A program made the position numbers and the translations under genes. From Candidatus Dormiibacterota bacterium (GTDB lineage Bacteria; Chloroflexota; Dormibacteria; Aeolococcales; Aeolococcaceae): DNA of 64,000 nucleotides. A model generated the notes under the pieces. It was not told the DNA's origin. It ran no database searches and worked only from the letters and a program-made list of their open reading frames with translations. Shown in pieces: positions 1-11,199 of this stretch. The DNA is taken from positions 96,001-160,000 of the forward strand of contig CAVPXI010000023.1 of the NCBI GenBank assembly GCA_963709585.1, written 5' to 3'. How positions within the stretch are numbered: position 1 is the first letter of the stretch; every line of letters starts with the position of its first letter.

Positions 1-164
1 CGACCGCTGCCGCGATTCTGCACCCCGCGGACGAAATGTGAGTCCACTTTCAGGACCTTCGATATGATCCTGCCAAGCCGAGTCGGTGAAATCGCGGTAT
101 TGAAACGACCTTGAGCGATACCTCGGCACCACCCATCGCGTGAGGCCATGTAAGGGGTTGGCGC

Positions 165-821
165 TTGTTCAGGCACCACCAAGAGAAGAAGGCGTACGAG
201 GACTACCAGGCCAAGCTCGCCGCGTGGCAGGAGCAGCGCGACGCGTACGCGAACCTCGTGACCATGGCTCAGACCTATGCCGGTGAGCCCTCGTCGGACA
301 TCATGCTGAAACCCGCCGAGGCAGTCTTTGCCACCGTGACCAGCGTCGCGCTGGTCGAGGACCGGCGCGGCGCCGGCCAATGGAAGGGCCGGTCACAGGG
401 CTTCTCAATTCCCGTCGCGAGCATCCACGGACGCTCGATCCGGTACCGCGTCGGGACCTCGAGAGGCCATTTCGTCCAGGGCGCGCCGTCGCCGACTGCC
501 ATCGACGTCGGTACGGCATACATCACGAACCAGCGGGTGATCTTCCAGGGAGCCAAACAGACGCGCGAGTGCCTGTACGCCAAGCTGGTCGGATTTCAGC
601 ACGACGACGCGCAGGGGCAGACCATCTTCTCGGTGTCGAACCGACAGAAACCGACCTGCCTCCACTACGGATCGAGCCTGTCCGGTTGGTTCGACTTTCG
701 CCTCGACCTGGCGATCGCCCACTACCGGGGCACCGTTGCCGCGATGACCGAGGGTGTAGAGGCGGACCTGGCCGCGCTCGATGCCGGCATGCCGGTCCCG
801 CCGCCGCCACCGAAGTCGTGA
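165..821 (+). CDS. Conserved hypothetical protein (possible PH-like fold)
   Basis: 218-aa ORF with TTG start; motif YRVGxxRG...IDxGxxYITNQRVIFxG resembles a widespread uncharacterised family. Confidence 0.7.
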   Translation: MFRHHQEKKAYEDYQAKLAAWQEQRDAYANLVTMAQTYAGEPSSDIMLKPAEAVFATVTSVALVEDRRGAGQWKGRSQGFSIPVASIHGRSIRYRVGTSRGHFVQGAPSPTAIDVGTAYITNQRVIFQGAKQTRECLYAKLVGFQHDDAQGQTIFSVSNRQKPTCLHYGSSLSGWFDFRLDLAIAHYRGTVAAMTEGVEADLAALDAGMPVPPPPPKS

Positions 822-872
822 TCAGACTGAGCGAAGCGCCGTCGCCGTCGCGAACGTCATGATCGCTCGACT

Positions 873-1448
873 GTGACGTCACACACGGAAAGCGCCGATC
901 CGATAGCGCCGCTGGTGCGGTCGCTCCTCGACGAGATCGGTGAGGACGCCGCCCGCCCCGGCCTGATCCACACGCCGGCACGGGTGGCCGCGAGCCTGCG
1001 ATTCCTGCTCAGCGGCTATGCGCTCAATGTGGACGACGTCGTGCACGGCGCGATCTTCGAGGAGCCCTACTCGGAGATGGTGGTGGTCAAGGACATCGAG
1101 GTCTACAGCCTCTGCGAGCATCACCTGTTGCCGTTCTTCGGCAAGGCCCACGTGGCCTACATCCCGGACGGACGGATCATCGGACTCAGCAAGATTCCAC
1201 GCCTCGTCGACATGTTCGCCCGCCGCCTCCAGGTCCAGGAGCGGCTCACCATGCAGATCGGCGACGCGCTCCAGTCGGTCCTCGCTCCTCAGGGGGCCGG
1301 GGTCGTGATCGAGGCGACCCACCTGTGCATGGCGATGCGCGGCGTCCAGAAGCAGAACAGCTCGGCGGTGACCTCGTCGCTCACCGGCTGCTTCCGCGAC
1401 GACGACAAATCGCGAAGCGAGTTCCTCACGCTGATCGGCCACCGGTAA
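873..1448 (+). CDS. folE: GTP cyclohydrolase I
   Basis: Motifs TPx[40 protein letters not shown]. Confidence 0.97.
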   Translation: MTSHTESADPIAPLVRSLLDEIGEDAARPGLIHTPARVAASLRFLLSGYALNVDDVVHGAIFEEPYSEMVVVKDIEVYSLCEHHLLPFFGKAHVAYIPDGRIIGLSKIPRLVDMFARRLQVQERLTMQIGDALQSVLAPQGAGVVIEATHLCMAMRGVQKQNSSAVTSSLTGCFRDDDKSRSEFLTLIGHR

Positions 1449-1458
1449 GGGCGCGGGC

Positions 1459-1674
1459 TCAGCTCGCCCCGACGGCGACCACCTCGAGCCACACGAGCAG
1501 CACTCCGAACGCGAACATCACCGTACCGAGCGCCATGTGTGCCCAGCGGATCGGCTGCCGGCCTCGACGGGTGCCGATGATCCGGCTGTAGATCGTCAGC
1601 CCGATGATGCCGAGGCCACCGGCGACCAGCATGGTCGCGGGCACGCCGATGATCGCGCCGAGCACCCCATTCAT
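1459..1674 (-). CDS. Small two-TM membrane protein
   Basis: 71 aa with two hydrophobic segments; TAGGCT -10-like hexamer 6 nt before the ATG. Confidence 0.6.
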   Translation of the reverse strand: MNGVLGAIIGVPATMLVAGGLGIIGLTIYSRIIGTRRGRQPIRWAHMALGTVMFAFGVLLVWLEVVAVGAS

Positions 1675-1729
1675 GCGGGCAGCCTACGTGGTCGGCGGGC
1701 GCGGACGTGCCCGCCCGTACCATGGACTG

Positions 1730-2836
1730 ATGCCCACCCGAGCCCTCAGCACCGCCGGCGAGACCGCGGTGATCGATACGCTCGCGCGCCTCGGCGAGCC
1801 TGCCTGGCGCGCGCGTCAGATTCAGGCCGCCGTCTGGCAGCCGTTCGTCGGCGACTTCGAGGCGATGCTTCAGCTCCCGGCACCGCTGCGGCGCGCCCTG
1901 GGCGGCGAATTCGAGTTCTCGACGGTGACCGTCGCCACCGAGGTGCTCGCTGACGCCGGGGAGACGATCAAGCTTCTCTGCCGTCTCGGCGACGGCCAGA
2001 CCGTCGAGACGGTCGCGATGGAAACGCCCGCGCGGGCCGACTCGCGCCGCCGCTCGACCGTGTGCGTCAGCAGCCAGGTGGGCTGCGCTGTCGGCTGCCC
2101 CTTCTGCGCCACCGGCCACATGGGGTTGCGCCGCAACTGCACGGCCGCCGAGATCGTGGACCAGGTGCGCGCCGCATCGAGCGCGCTGCAGCGGCGCGGC
2201 ATGGGGCCGGTGACCCACATCGTATACATGGGAATGGGGGAGCCCCTCGCCAACGTTGCCGCCACCCTCGAATCGCTGCGCGTGCTCACCGCCGACGCAG
2301 GCATCAGCGCGCGCCGGATCACCGTCTCCACGAGCGGCGTGGCACCGGGCATCGAGCAGCTCGCGGCATCCGGCATATCGGTGACGCTCGCTGTCTCGCT
2401 GCACGCAGCGACCGACGAGCTGCGCGATCGCCTCGTCCCGATCAACCGGACGTATCCGCTCGGTCTCGTCCTCGGCACCGCCTCGCGCTACGCGGAGCGG
2501 AGCGGGCGCCGGATCAGCTTCGAGTGGTGCCTGATCGGTGGCGTGAACGATTCGATCGAGCAGGCCGAGGGTCTTCGCGACCTTGCCCGTCGCGCTCAGG
2601 CGCACATCAACGTGATCCCCATGAACCGTATCGAGGGCAGCCCGTGGGGGCCGCCGGAGCCCGAGGTGGCCCGCCGCTTTCTCGGCGCACTCCGAGGCGC
2701 GCGTGTGACCGTCCGCGACACTCGCGGCGGCGACGCGGATGCGGCCTGCGGCCAGCTCCGGGCCGACCTCGAGGCACGCCGACTGCTCCGTCCCGACGGC
2801 ACGCTGTCACCGCCTCGGGTGCCGGCCCGAGCGTGA
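1730..2836 (+). CDS. rlmN: Radical-SAM RNA methyltransferase RlmN
   Basis: [31 protein letters not shown]; start placed at ATG 1730 after TACCAT. Confidence 0.93.
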   Translation: MPTRALSTAGETAVIDTLARLGEPAWRARQIQAAVWQPFVGDFEAMLQLPAPLRRALGGEFEFSTVTVATEVLADAGETIKLLCRLGDGQTVETVAMETPARADSRRRSTVCVSSQVGCAVGCPFCATGHMGLRRNCTAAEIVDQVRAASSALQRRGMGPVTHIVYMGMGEPLANVAATLESLRVLTADAGISARRITVSTSGVAPGIEQLAASGISVTLAVSLHAATDELRDRLVPINRTYPLGLVLGTASRYAERSGRRISFEWCLIGGVNDSIEQAEGLRDLARRAQAHINVIPMNRIEGSPWGPPEPEVARRFLGALRGARVTVRDTRGGDADAACGQLRADLEARRLLRPDGTLSPPRVPARA

Positions 2837-3936
2837 CCGGCGCGCGCAGCGTCGACGAGGCGCTGATGGACGCCGCCCTTGCCGCCGCCCGATCGGCCGA
2901 CTACGCCACCGGTCCCAATCCCATGGTCGGCTGCGTCGTCGCGAGGGAAGGGGAGGTGATCGCCACCGGGTTCCACCGCAAGGCCGGTCATCCCCACGCC
3001 GAGGTCGAAGCACTCGCGGTCGCCGGTGATCGCGCCCGCGGCGCCGACGTGTACGTCACGCTCGAGCCCTGCGCGCACCACGGACGCACACCGCCCTGCG
3101 TCGATGCGGTGATCGCGGCCGCGCCGCGCCGAGTGGTTGTTGCCATGAGCGACCCGAACCCGCTCGTCTCCGGGCGGGGCGTCGATGCGCTGCGCGCCGC
3201 CGGGATCACCGTCGAGGTCGGCGTCCGCGAGGCCGAGGGCCGACGGCTCAATGAGTTCTATGTCAAGCACATCACCACCGGACTCCCCTTTGTCACGGCC
3301 AAATTCGCCGCCTCGCTCGACGGCAGGATCGCGACCGCCGGAGGCGAATCGCGATGGATCACCTCCGACGCATCGCGCGCCGTCGCGCATCGCCTCCGCC
3401 ACAGCCACGATGCCGTGCTGGTGGGCATCAACACCGTGCTCACGGACGACCCTGCATTGACCGCCCGCTTCGAAGGCGGCCGCTCGCCGCTGCGGGTCGT
3501 CGCCGACAGCGACCTCCGCATTCCCGACGGTGCTCGCGTGCTCCAATCCGGGGTTGGCGCCGCGCTGATCGCGACCACCGCGCGGGCGAGTCCCGAACGC
3601 ATAGCGCAACTCCGCGCCTCAGGCGTCGACGTCGAAGTAGTCGATCAGGGACCGGGTGGCGTCGATCTCCGCGCCCTGATGACGTTGCTCGGATCGCGGG
3701 ATGTGATCAGCGTGCTGGTCGAGGGCGGCGCCGGCGTCCTCGGAAGCGCCTTCGATGCGGGCATCGTGGACAAGGTGGTGGCCATGCTCGCGCCGAGGAT
3801 CATCGGCGGTGCCGGCGCTCCGGGTGCGGTCGGCGGCGCCGGGGTTCCGAGCCTCGCGGCGTCGCCGCTCCTCGCCGACGTCTCCGTCGAGACCGCGGGT
3901 CCCGATCTCATCGTGACCGGATACTGTGTACGCTGA
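2833..3936 (+). CDS. ribD: Bifunctional pyrimidine deaminase/reductase RibD
   Basis: [41 protein letters not shown]; GTG overlaps the rlmN stop. Confidence 0.95.
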   Translation: MTGARSVDEALMDAALAAARSADYATGPNPMVGCVVAREGEVIATGFHRKAGHPHAEVEALAVAGDRARGADVYVTLEPCAHHGRTPPCVDAVIAAAPRRVVVAMSDPNPLVSGRGVDALRAAGITVEVGVREAEGRRLNEFYVKHITTGLPFVTAKFAASLDGRIATAGGESRWITSDASRAVAHRLRHSHDAVLVGINTVLTDDPALTARFEGGRSPLRVVADSDLRIPDGARVLQSGVGAALIATTARASPERIAQLRASGVDVEVVDQGPGGVDLRALMTLLGSRDVISVLVEGGAGVLGSAFDAGIVDKVVAMLAPRIIGGAGAPGAVGGAGVPSLAASPLLADVSVETAGPDLIVTGYCVR

Positions 3937-3954
3937 GATCGAGGAATAAGCAGA

Positions 3955-4576
3955 GTGTTCAGCGGGATCGTCGAAACCCTCGGCACGGTACGGGCGCGCA
4001 CGCCCGGGCGGATCGAGATCTTGCCGCGCACAGCGTTCGCGCACCTCGAGCTTGGTGAAAGCATCGCCGTCAACGGCGCCTGCCTCACTGTCGCGACGGT
4101 AGACGGCCACGCCTTCGCGGCCGACGTCATGCCCGAGACACTGCACCGCACCACGCTTGGGGAGCTGACCGAGGGCGCGACGGTCAACCTCGAACGGGCG
4201 CTCAAATTCGGTGACCGAGTCGGCGGCCACACGGTGTCCGGTCACGTGGACTTCAACCGGCATCGTGACCGCGCTGGGGGAGGATGCCAACGCCCGCTGG
4301 GTGACCATCGCAACACCCGACGACATCATCGATCTGGTCGCTGAAAAAGGATCCATCGCCGTCGACGGCATCAGCCTCACCGTCGTCGATGTGTTCGAAG
4401 CGGCGTTCACGGTGTCACTGATTCCCGTGACCCTCGCCCAGACGGTCGCAGGCGCCTGGAGAGTGGCGACACGCGTGAACCTCGAGGCCGACCTGATCGC
4501 CCGCTACGTTGCGCGGACGCTTTCCGCACGAGACCGCCGCGCCACTTTCGCCACCACCGCAGCCCACGAGGGATGA
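3955..4576 (+). CDS. ribE: Riboflavin synthase, split by a +1 indel at ~4255 (probable sequencing error)
   Basis: MFSGIVE, SIAVNGACLT, VNLERAL, GGHxVSGHVD in one frame; KGSIAVDGISLT and VNLEAD in the next frame. Confidence 0.9.
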
Positions 4577-5805
4577 CCGCGATGAGCCTGGCCGCCGTCG
4601 ACGACGCGATCGAGGACATCCGCGCCGGCAAGTTCGTGATCATCGTCGATGACGAGGACCGCGAGAACGAAGGAGATCTCGCAATCGCCGCCGACCGGAT
4701 CACGCCCGAAGCGGTCAACTTCATGGCGACGCACGGGCGCGGGCTCATCTGCGTGCCGGTCGAAGGCTGGCGCCTCGACGAGCTCGGCGTCGGCGCGATG
4801 GTCGACGACAACACCTCCAGATTTGGCACCGCGTTCACCGTCACCGTCGAGGCGATCGGCCACGGGGTGACCACCGGGATCAGCGCCTTCGATCGCGCCA
4901 CGACCATCCGCCTGCTCTGCGACGAGCACGCCAAGCCCAGCGACTTCGCCAAGCCGGGCCACACCTTTCCGCTCCGGGCGGCGGCGGGAGGTGTGCTCGA
5001 ACGCGCCGGCCAGACCGAGGCGATCGTCGATCTGTGCAAGCTGGCCGGGCGCTTTCCCGCCGGGGTCATCTGCGAGGTGATGCGCGCCGACGGCCGCATG
5101 GCCCGGCGTCCCGACCTCGATGCCTTCGCTGCCGAGCACTCGATCAAGATCGTGGCCGTCAACGACATCATCGCGTACCGGCGGCGCAACGAGCGGCTCG
5201 TCGAGCGAGGCGCGACCACGACGCTGCCGACCGAGTACGGCACGGTTGTCGCGTACGCGTACGAGGATGTGATCACGGATGTCACCCACGTCGCACTCGT
5301 CTGGGGTGACGTGCGCGGCGAGGAGCCGGTCCTGGTGCGCGTGCACAGCGAGTGCCTCACCGGCGACGTCTTCGGTTCGCAGCGCTGCGACTGTCAGGCG
5401 CAGTTGCACAAGGCGATGGCGATCATCTCGGAGGCGGGGCGCGGAGTCCTCGTGTACCTGCGTCAGGAGGGCCGCGGCATCGGCCTCATGGACAAGCTGC
5501 GCGCCTATGCGCTGCAGGATCGCGGGCTCGACACGGTCGAGGCGAACCTCAGCCTGGGGCTGCCGATCGACAAGCGCGACTACGGCATCGGCACCCAGAT
5601 CCTGTCCGATATCGGCGTCAAGCGCATGGTCGTGCTGACCAACAACCCGCGGAAGTATTACGGCCTCAGCGGCTACGGGCTCGAGGTCACCGACCAGATC
5701 CCGCTGGTGATCCCCGCGACCACGCACAACGAGCGCTACCTGCGTGCCAAGCAAGACAAGCTCGGGCACAGTCTGGATTTGGACGATGCCGTCGACGCGA
5801 TATGA
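4573..5805 (+). CDS. ribBA: DHBP synthase / GTP cyclohydrolase II
   Basis: [51 protein letters not shown]. Confidence 0.97.
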   Translation: MTAMSLAAVDDAIEDIRAGKFVIIVDDEDRENEGDLAIAADRITPEAVNFMATHGRGLICVPVEGWRLDELGVGAMVDDNTSRFGTAFTVTVEAIGHGVTTGISAFDRATTIRLLCDEHAKPSDFAKPGHTFPLRAAAGGVLERAGQTEAIVDLCKLAGRFPAGVICEVMRADGRMARRPDLDAFAAEHSIKIVAVNDIIAYRRRNERLVERGATTTLPTEYGTVVAYAYEDVITDVTHVALVWGDVRGEEPVLVRVHSECLTGDVFGSQRCDCQAQLHKAMAIISEAGRGVLVYLRQEGRGIGLMDKLRAYALQDRGLDTVEANLSLGLPIDKRDYGIGTQILSDIGVKRMVVLTNNPRKYYGLSGYGLEVTDQIPLVIPATTHNERYLRAKQDKLGHSLDLDDAVDAI

Positions 5806-6337
5806 CGCCGACGGCGGCGCAGCCGGCGCACCGATCGAGCGTGCGCGCGTCCACACCGGCAGTCTCGACGCGACCGGCATGCGCATTGCCATCGTGGTCT
5901 CGCGCTTCAACGACATCATCTCCACGCGACTCCTCGAGGGCGCGGTCGAGGCGCTGCGGGATCACGGGGTCGCCGGTGACATCGACGTGGTGTGGGTTCC
6001 CGGGGCGTTCGAGATCCCGATTGCGGCGCGCGAGCTGGCGCAGCTCGGCGCGGTCGACGCGGTGGTCTGCCTTGGCGCGGTGATTCGCGGTGACACCGCT
6101 CATTTCGACTACGTCGCCGGTGAAGCCGCCCAGGGAATCGCGTCGGTGCACGCCACCACGGGCGTGCCCGCGACCTTCGGCGTACTGACCGTCGACACCG
6201 TTGAGCAGGCAACCGATCGCGCCGGCGGCAAGCATGGGAACAAGGGCGCCGAGGCTGCGGTCACCGCGATCGAGATGGTGTCGCTGCTTCGCGAACTGCG
6301 CCGGCCGCGGACGGCCGAGCAGCGCGCGGCTTCATGA
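5786..6337 (+). CDS. ribH: 6,7-dimethyl-8-ribityllumazine synthase
   Basis: [33 protein letters not shown]; start codon uncertain. Confidence 0.95.
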   Translation: MPSTRYDADGGAAGAPIERARVHTGSLDATGMRIAIVVSRFNDIISTRLLEGAVEALRDHGVAGDIDVVWVPGAFEIPIAARELAQLGAVDAVVCLGAVIRGDTAHFDYVAGEAAQGIASVHATTGVPATFGVLTVDTVEQATDRAGGKHGNKGAEAAVTAIEMVSLLRELRRPRTAEQRAAS

Positions 6338-7296
6338 GCGCGGCGGCGCGGGTCGTCTCCCTGCTCCCCAGCGCCACCGAGATCCTCTTCGCCATCGGCG
6401 CCGGCGACCGCGTCGTCGGGGTCACCCACGAGTGCGATCATCCCGACGCCGCACGCCATCTGCCCGCAGTGACGTCGAGCCTGCTCGCGACCGGCGGAAC
6501 GGCTCCGGGCGACATCGATCGCCACATTCACGCGGCGCGTCACGCCGGGTCGAGCATCTACCGGCTCGACGAAGCAGCGCTCGCGCCACTCGAACCCGAT
6601 CTCATCGTCACCCAGGAGCTGTGCGACGTCTGCGCGGTCGCATACAGCCAGGTCAGGCGGGCGGTGCGCCGCCTGCCCGGCGACGTCCCCGTCCTGTCGC
6701 TCGAACCGCGCTCGGTGGAGGAGATCTGCGCCTCTGTGGAGGAGGTCGGCGTGGCCACCGGGTATACCGACGGGGCGAATCGCACCGCCGCGTCAATGCG
6801 AACGCGGGTCGCGGAAATCGCCGCCCTCGATTCGCCGGAGCCGCGCCCGCGGGTGGTCTGTATCGAATGGACCGACCCGCTCATGGTCGGTGGCCACTGG
6901 GTGCCCGAGATGGTCCGTCTTGCGGGCGGTCTCGACGTCCTCGGTGACGAGGAAGCGCCGTCCCGGTACGTCTCGTGGGACGAGGTGGTCGATGCGCAGC
7001 CCCAGGTCATGATCGTGATGCCCTGCGGGTACGACCTTGTGAAAACCCTCGAGCTGGTGCCGGAGGTTGCCGCCCGTCCGGGATTCGACGAGCTCGAGGC
7101 CGTACGCACCGGCCGTGTTGTCGCGGTGGACGGCTCCGCGTACTTCAGCCGCCCCGGACCGCGGATCGTCCAGGGCCTCGAGATCCTCGCCGCGGCAGTC
7201 CGCGCCGAGCCGGGCGATCCGGCCCCAGAAGGCGCCGCCTACTGGAACCAGCCGGCGACGTCGAGAATGGCGTTGATCGAACCGAGCGGGTTGTAG
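6334..7296 (+). CDS. BtuF/TroA-like 'cobalamin-binding' family protein, no signal peptide
   Basis: [45 protein letters not shown]; ATG overlaps the ribH stop. Confidence 0.85.
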   Translation: MSAAARVVSLLPSATEILFAIGAGDRVVGVTHECDHPDAARHLPAVTSSLLATGGTAPGDIDRHIHAARHAGSSIYRLDEAALAPLEPDLIVTQELCDVCAVAYSQVRRAVRRLPGDVPVLSLEPRSVEEICASVEEVGVATGYTDGANRTAASMRTRVAEIAALDSPEPRPRVVCIEWTDPLMVGGHWVPEMVRLAGGLDVLGDEEAPSRYVSWDEVVDAQPQVMIVMPCGYDLVKTLELVPEVAARPGFDELEAVRTGRVVAVDGSAYFSRPGPRIVQGLEILAAAVRAEPGDPAPEGAAYWNQPATSRMALIEPSGL

Positions 7297-10200
7297 AGCT
7301 TCACGTTGCCCGCCGTGGTTCCGGTCTGAGCGAGGCTGGTGATCGCCAGGTTGGCAATGACCTCGCCGGCGGTCGGGTTGAGGTCCGAAGCCCTGGGCGG
7401 AGAAGCCTCATCGCTGGGATACAGGGTGAGGTAGGTTGCCGACGATCCCGCAACGCCGGTGAGGTTGGCGACGAACGCCAACGGTTTCATCGCTGGTGCG
7501 GTCCAGGTCGGCACCGCCACAATGCCCGCGACGTGGACGAGTTCGCTGAAGTTGGCGCCCAACGGCTGGTTCTGGCACCGCGTCCCGAACGATGGGCGCG
7601 TGTCGCAAATCCGCGTCGGCGGGACCGAGTAGAAGAGGGCGCCGGGGGATGCGCTCGACGTACCGAACCAGCCGTTGTTATCGATGAGGAAGTTGATCTT
7701 CCCTGCGGCCGAGTACAGGCAGATATCCTGCTTCGGACCGAGGTTCGAGATCACCCGGACGGGCAGACTGGTCCCGGGTGCGGGGTTGACGTTGGAGAAG
7801 CTTGGAGCCCTGGTCGGGCAGGCATCGGCGGATGTCGGGACCGCAACCGAGAGGTAGGTGTACGCCGTCCCACCGGTCGCGGTGAGATTGAATGCCGCCG
7901 CTGCGGCACTCCCGTCCGAGGGGATCGAGGGCGTGGTCGATGGGGCGCCGGGCGGCAAACCGGAGAGGGTCACATGACGCCAGACGCCGCCCACCAGGGG
8001 AGCGCTGATGAATCCGGTCGCCGTCGAACAGAGCGTGCCTCCGCGCGAATCGCAGATCCGCAGTGGTGGAATGGCGTGGAAGGCACCGGCTGACAAGCCG
8101 GCCGGGGCCGCGAAATAGCCTTCGACGTCGACGATCACGTCAACGCTACCGACGGCGTTGAACAGACTGATCTGCCCACCGATGCCCAAGCGCACGATCG
8201 CCAGGTTGGACTCGACCTTGCCTCCGGCGAGACTGAGGTTCGTGGCAACCGGCTGCGACCCACCCGCCGGGAAGGCGATCACGTAGGTGCCGCTGCTGCT
8301 GTGGTTGATGGCCGTGATGTTCACCACCACCGCCTGCGCGGTGGTTGACACCGGCCCGCCGGTGATCTGAGCGGTGATGGTTTCGTGTCCGGTGCCCAGC
8401 GTGCCCTTTCCGACGGTATTGCACTGGTTGGACGCGATTCCGGGAGCCACCTTTCTCGTGTCACAGGTTCGGATGGGGTTGACCGCGGTGTACGCACCGG
8501 CAGCGACGAACGTGTACTGGTCCGCGGGAGGAGCCACGTTGGACGTACCGCCAGGCGTCACCACCCTGATATCCACCGTGCCCGCTGCGACTTGCGGCGT
8601 GTAGACAACGAGTGTGGTCTGTTCCAATCTGTGAAAAGCATCCGTTGGCCGACCCGGGGCACGGGTATGCGCTGGCGCCTGACACGTCTTTTGTGCCGAA
8701 GAGGATGTCGGTGGCGCCGAACCCCAGGCTGGGATTCCCGAAGTTCGAGCCGAAGATCGCGACATACGAGCCGCCGCCGGCTGCCCCGTACTTCGGCGAC
8801 ACGGTCAGGACGTTCGGAAAGACCGCGACGTACGTGTAGACGTTCCCGGAGGCCACCGGGCTGGTGCCGCCGGAAGTTGTGACGGTGATGTGGATCTGGC
8901 CGGTGCCAGCAGGAAGAAGCTGGACTGTGATCGAGGTCACGCTGGTGACCGTGAAGCAAGGCCCGGTCGGTGATGTTATGCAGCTGGCGACAGCCGTCGA
9001 TCCGACGGTAACTTGGGAGACGATCGAGCTGCCGGCCGCCTCGAAGTCAGTTCCGGTAAGGGTGACGGTGTTGCCGCCGGCGGATGCTCCCGCGTTTGGC
9101 GAGACTCCGGTCACAGTGGGAATTGGGGCGACGAACGTATAGGACAAACCCGCGGTGGTGCCGCCCAGCGTCACTACATCGACATTGAAGGGCCCGGGCG
9201 TGCTTGGTGGCATAGTCACGGTGATCTGGATATCACTGTCGACGGTGAAGCAGGGCGCTGACGGGCACGGTTTTAGATCGATGGAACCGACGTTCACATC
9301 GGTCGCCCCGGTGAAATTCGTCCCCCCCAGAACCACGCTGTTGCCACCCGCGGTCGACCCGGTTGACGGTGTAACGCTCGTCAACGTCGGCGCCGGGGTC
9401 ACGTAGAAGTACGTGATACTGCTAGTTGTCCCACCTCCCGTCACCACGTCGACAGGAACACCACCCGCAGCGTGCGCAAGAACACCGGTGACCGTGATCT
9501 GAGAGTCGGTGTCGACCGTGAAACACGGTGACGTGCACGGCTGCGTGATGTCGGTGGCCCCAAAGTTCACGTCGGTCGCCCCGGTGAAGTTCGTCCCCCC
9601 CAGAACCACGCTGTTGCCACCCGTGGTGAACCCAGTTGACGGGGTGAGGCTCGTCAACGTCGGCGCCGGGGTCACGTAGAAGTACGTGACACTGTTGCTT
9701 GTCCCACTTCCCGTCACCACGTCGACAGGAACTCCGCCCGCAGCGTGCGCGAGAACGCCGGTGACCGTGATCTGAGAGTCGGTGTCGACCGTGAAACACG
9801 GTGACGTGCACGGCTGCGTGATGTCGGTGGCCCCAAAGTTCACGTCGGTCGCCCCGGTGAAGTTCGCCCCCCCCAGGACCACGCTGTTGCCACCCGTGGT
9901 GAACCCAGTTGACGGGGTGAGGCTCGTCAACGTCGGGGCCGGCGCCACGTAGGTGTACGTCAGGTTTCCCGACGTACCACTCGGCGTCACCACGTTGACG
10001 CTAACGGGGCCCGCAGAGCCCCCAGGGATGCCCATAACGGTGATCTGTGTATCGCTATCGATGTTGAAACAGGGCGACGTCCCGCAGGGCGTGACGTTAA
10101 TGTCGACGCCCCCAAAGTTCACGTCGGTCGCAGTCAAAAATCCACCACTCGCATCCGACGCGATGACGACATTGGTGCCCCCCGCGGTCGGGCCGGACGA

Positions 10201-10392
10201 TGGGGTGAGGCTCATCAACACTGGCTGATTGAACAGATCTAGGCGAGCGTTCGAAGCTGCGCGTGGCCCCACTGGGTGCGCGGCCGAGTGCGAGATCGAG
10301 GTCGGCCCCGGCTGGCCCGCCGACGCGGCAATCGTCACGCCAGCGAATGCCGCAAAACACGCTCCGCCGAGCACGAACCCGCCCACCCTCAT
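7239..10392 (-). CDS. Large secreted surface protein with six IPT/TIG domains and three C-terminal PxRxCDxR beta-domains; split by an indel at ~8622
   Basis: Signal-like N-terminus; repeated PxxGxxxGGNxVxxxGxNF motifs; the two ORFs join cleanly (CFSQIG/QTTLVVYTP) if one base is removed; SD GGAGGG upstream. Confidence 0.85.
9300..9950. repeat. Near-identical 273-bp tandem repeats encoding IPT domains
   Basis: TCGTCAACGTCGG recurs at 9378, 9651 and 9924 (period 273 nt = 91 aa); two units are nearly identical in DNA. Confidence 0.9.
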
Positions 10393-10452
10393 CGTCTTCC
10401 CTCCAACCGCCTCTCTGTAGAGGCGATGGTACCGGGAAGGGAAAGCCGGCTG

Positions 10453-10644
10453 CTAGCCGCGAGCCGCCTTCGCCTGGGTGCGCAGGCAGCGGGTGCAGAC
10501 CTTGGCCCGCACCTCCTTGCCCTTGACTGCGAGATGGGTGACGTGCAGGTTGGGCAGGAATCGACGCTTCGTATGCACCTTGGAATGGCTCACGTTGTTC
10601 CCGGTCATCGGGCCCTTTCCGCAGATATCGCAGCGCTGGGACAT
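10453..10644 (-). CDS. rpmB: 50S ribosomal protein L28
   Basis: [37 protein letters not shown]. Confidence 0.97.
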   Translation of the reverse strand: MSQRCDICGKGPMTGNNVSHSKVHTKRRFLPNLHVTHLAVKGKEVRAKVCTRCLRTQAKAARG

Positions 10645-10803
10645 GATGTCTCTCATGGGTCGGAACGCGCATCTGGGACGCGCCCGGTCTGGCGTACTAG
10701 AATTCGGCCGGAGCCACGATGGCTGCGCCCGGCGGCCTCCGGGAATGAACCGGGGCCGGTCGCCGAGGATACCACAGGCCCTCAATCGGGCTTACGGAGA
10801 TAC

Positions 10804-11199
10804 GTGAAAGGCAAGGTCCGGGCGTCCGACGCACTGTCGCGCACCGCCTCCCTGGGAAGAATCGAGGTCTCGCCCCGAGTGGTGGCGTCGATCGTCGGCC
10901 ACGCGGCCAACGAGTGCTACGGCATCGTCGGCATGGCCGCACAGGGCCTTCGCGACGGTATCGCCGAACGGCTGAACCGTGAGAACGTCCACCGCGGTGT
11001 CGAGATCCAGACGACGCCCGACGGGCTCGTCATCGAGCTCTACGTGATCGTGGAATACGGCACCCGTATCAGCGAGGTGGCGCACAACCTGATGAGTGCG
11101 GTGAGCTACTCCGTCGAGAAGACGCTGGGCCTGCCCGTGGTCGCGGTGAACGTGAACGTCCAGGGAATTCACGCGGAGGGCGACGGTGTCCGCCACTAG
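10804..11199 (+). CDS. Asp23/Gls24 family protein (YloU-like)
   Basis: LGRIEVS, ECYGIVGMA, IELYVIVEYG, VNVNVQG; sits between rpmB and the DAK2 gene. Confidence 0.9.
   Translation: MKGKVRASDALSRTASLGRIEVSPRVVASIVGHAANECYGIVGMAAQGLRDGIAERLNRENVHRGVEIQTTPDGLVIELYVIVEYGTRISEVAHNLMSAVSYSVEKTLGLPVVAVNVNVQGIHAEGDGVRH

Noticed and set aside
1730-2836. Cfr resistance methyltransferase
   Set aside because: The MGMGEP motif and housekeeping context fit RlmN.
9300-9950. 273-bp repeats as a non-coding array
   Set aside because: The period is a multiple of 3 and the repeats encode in-frame IPT domains with no unique spacers.
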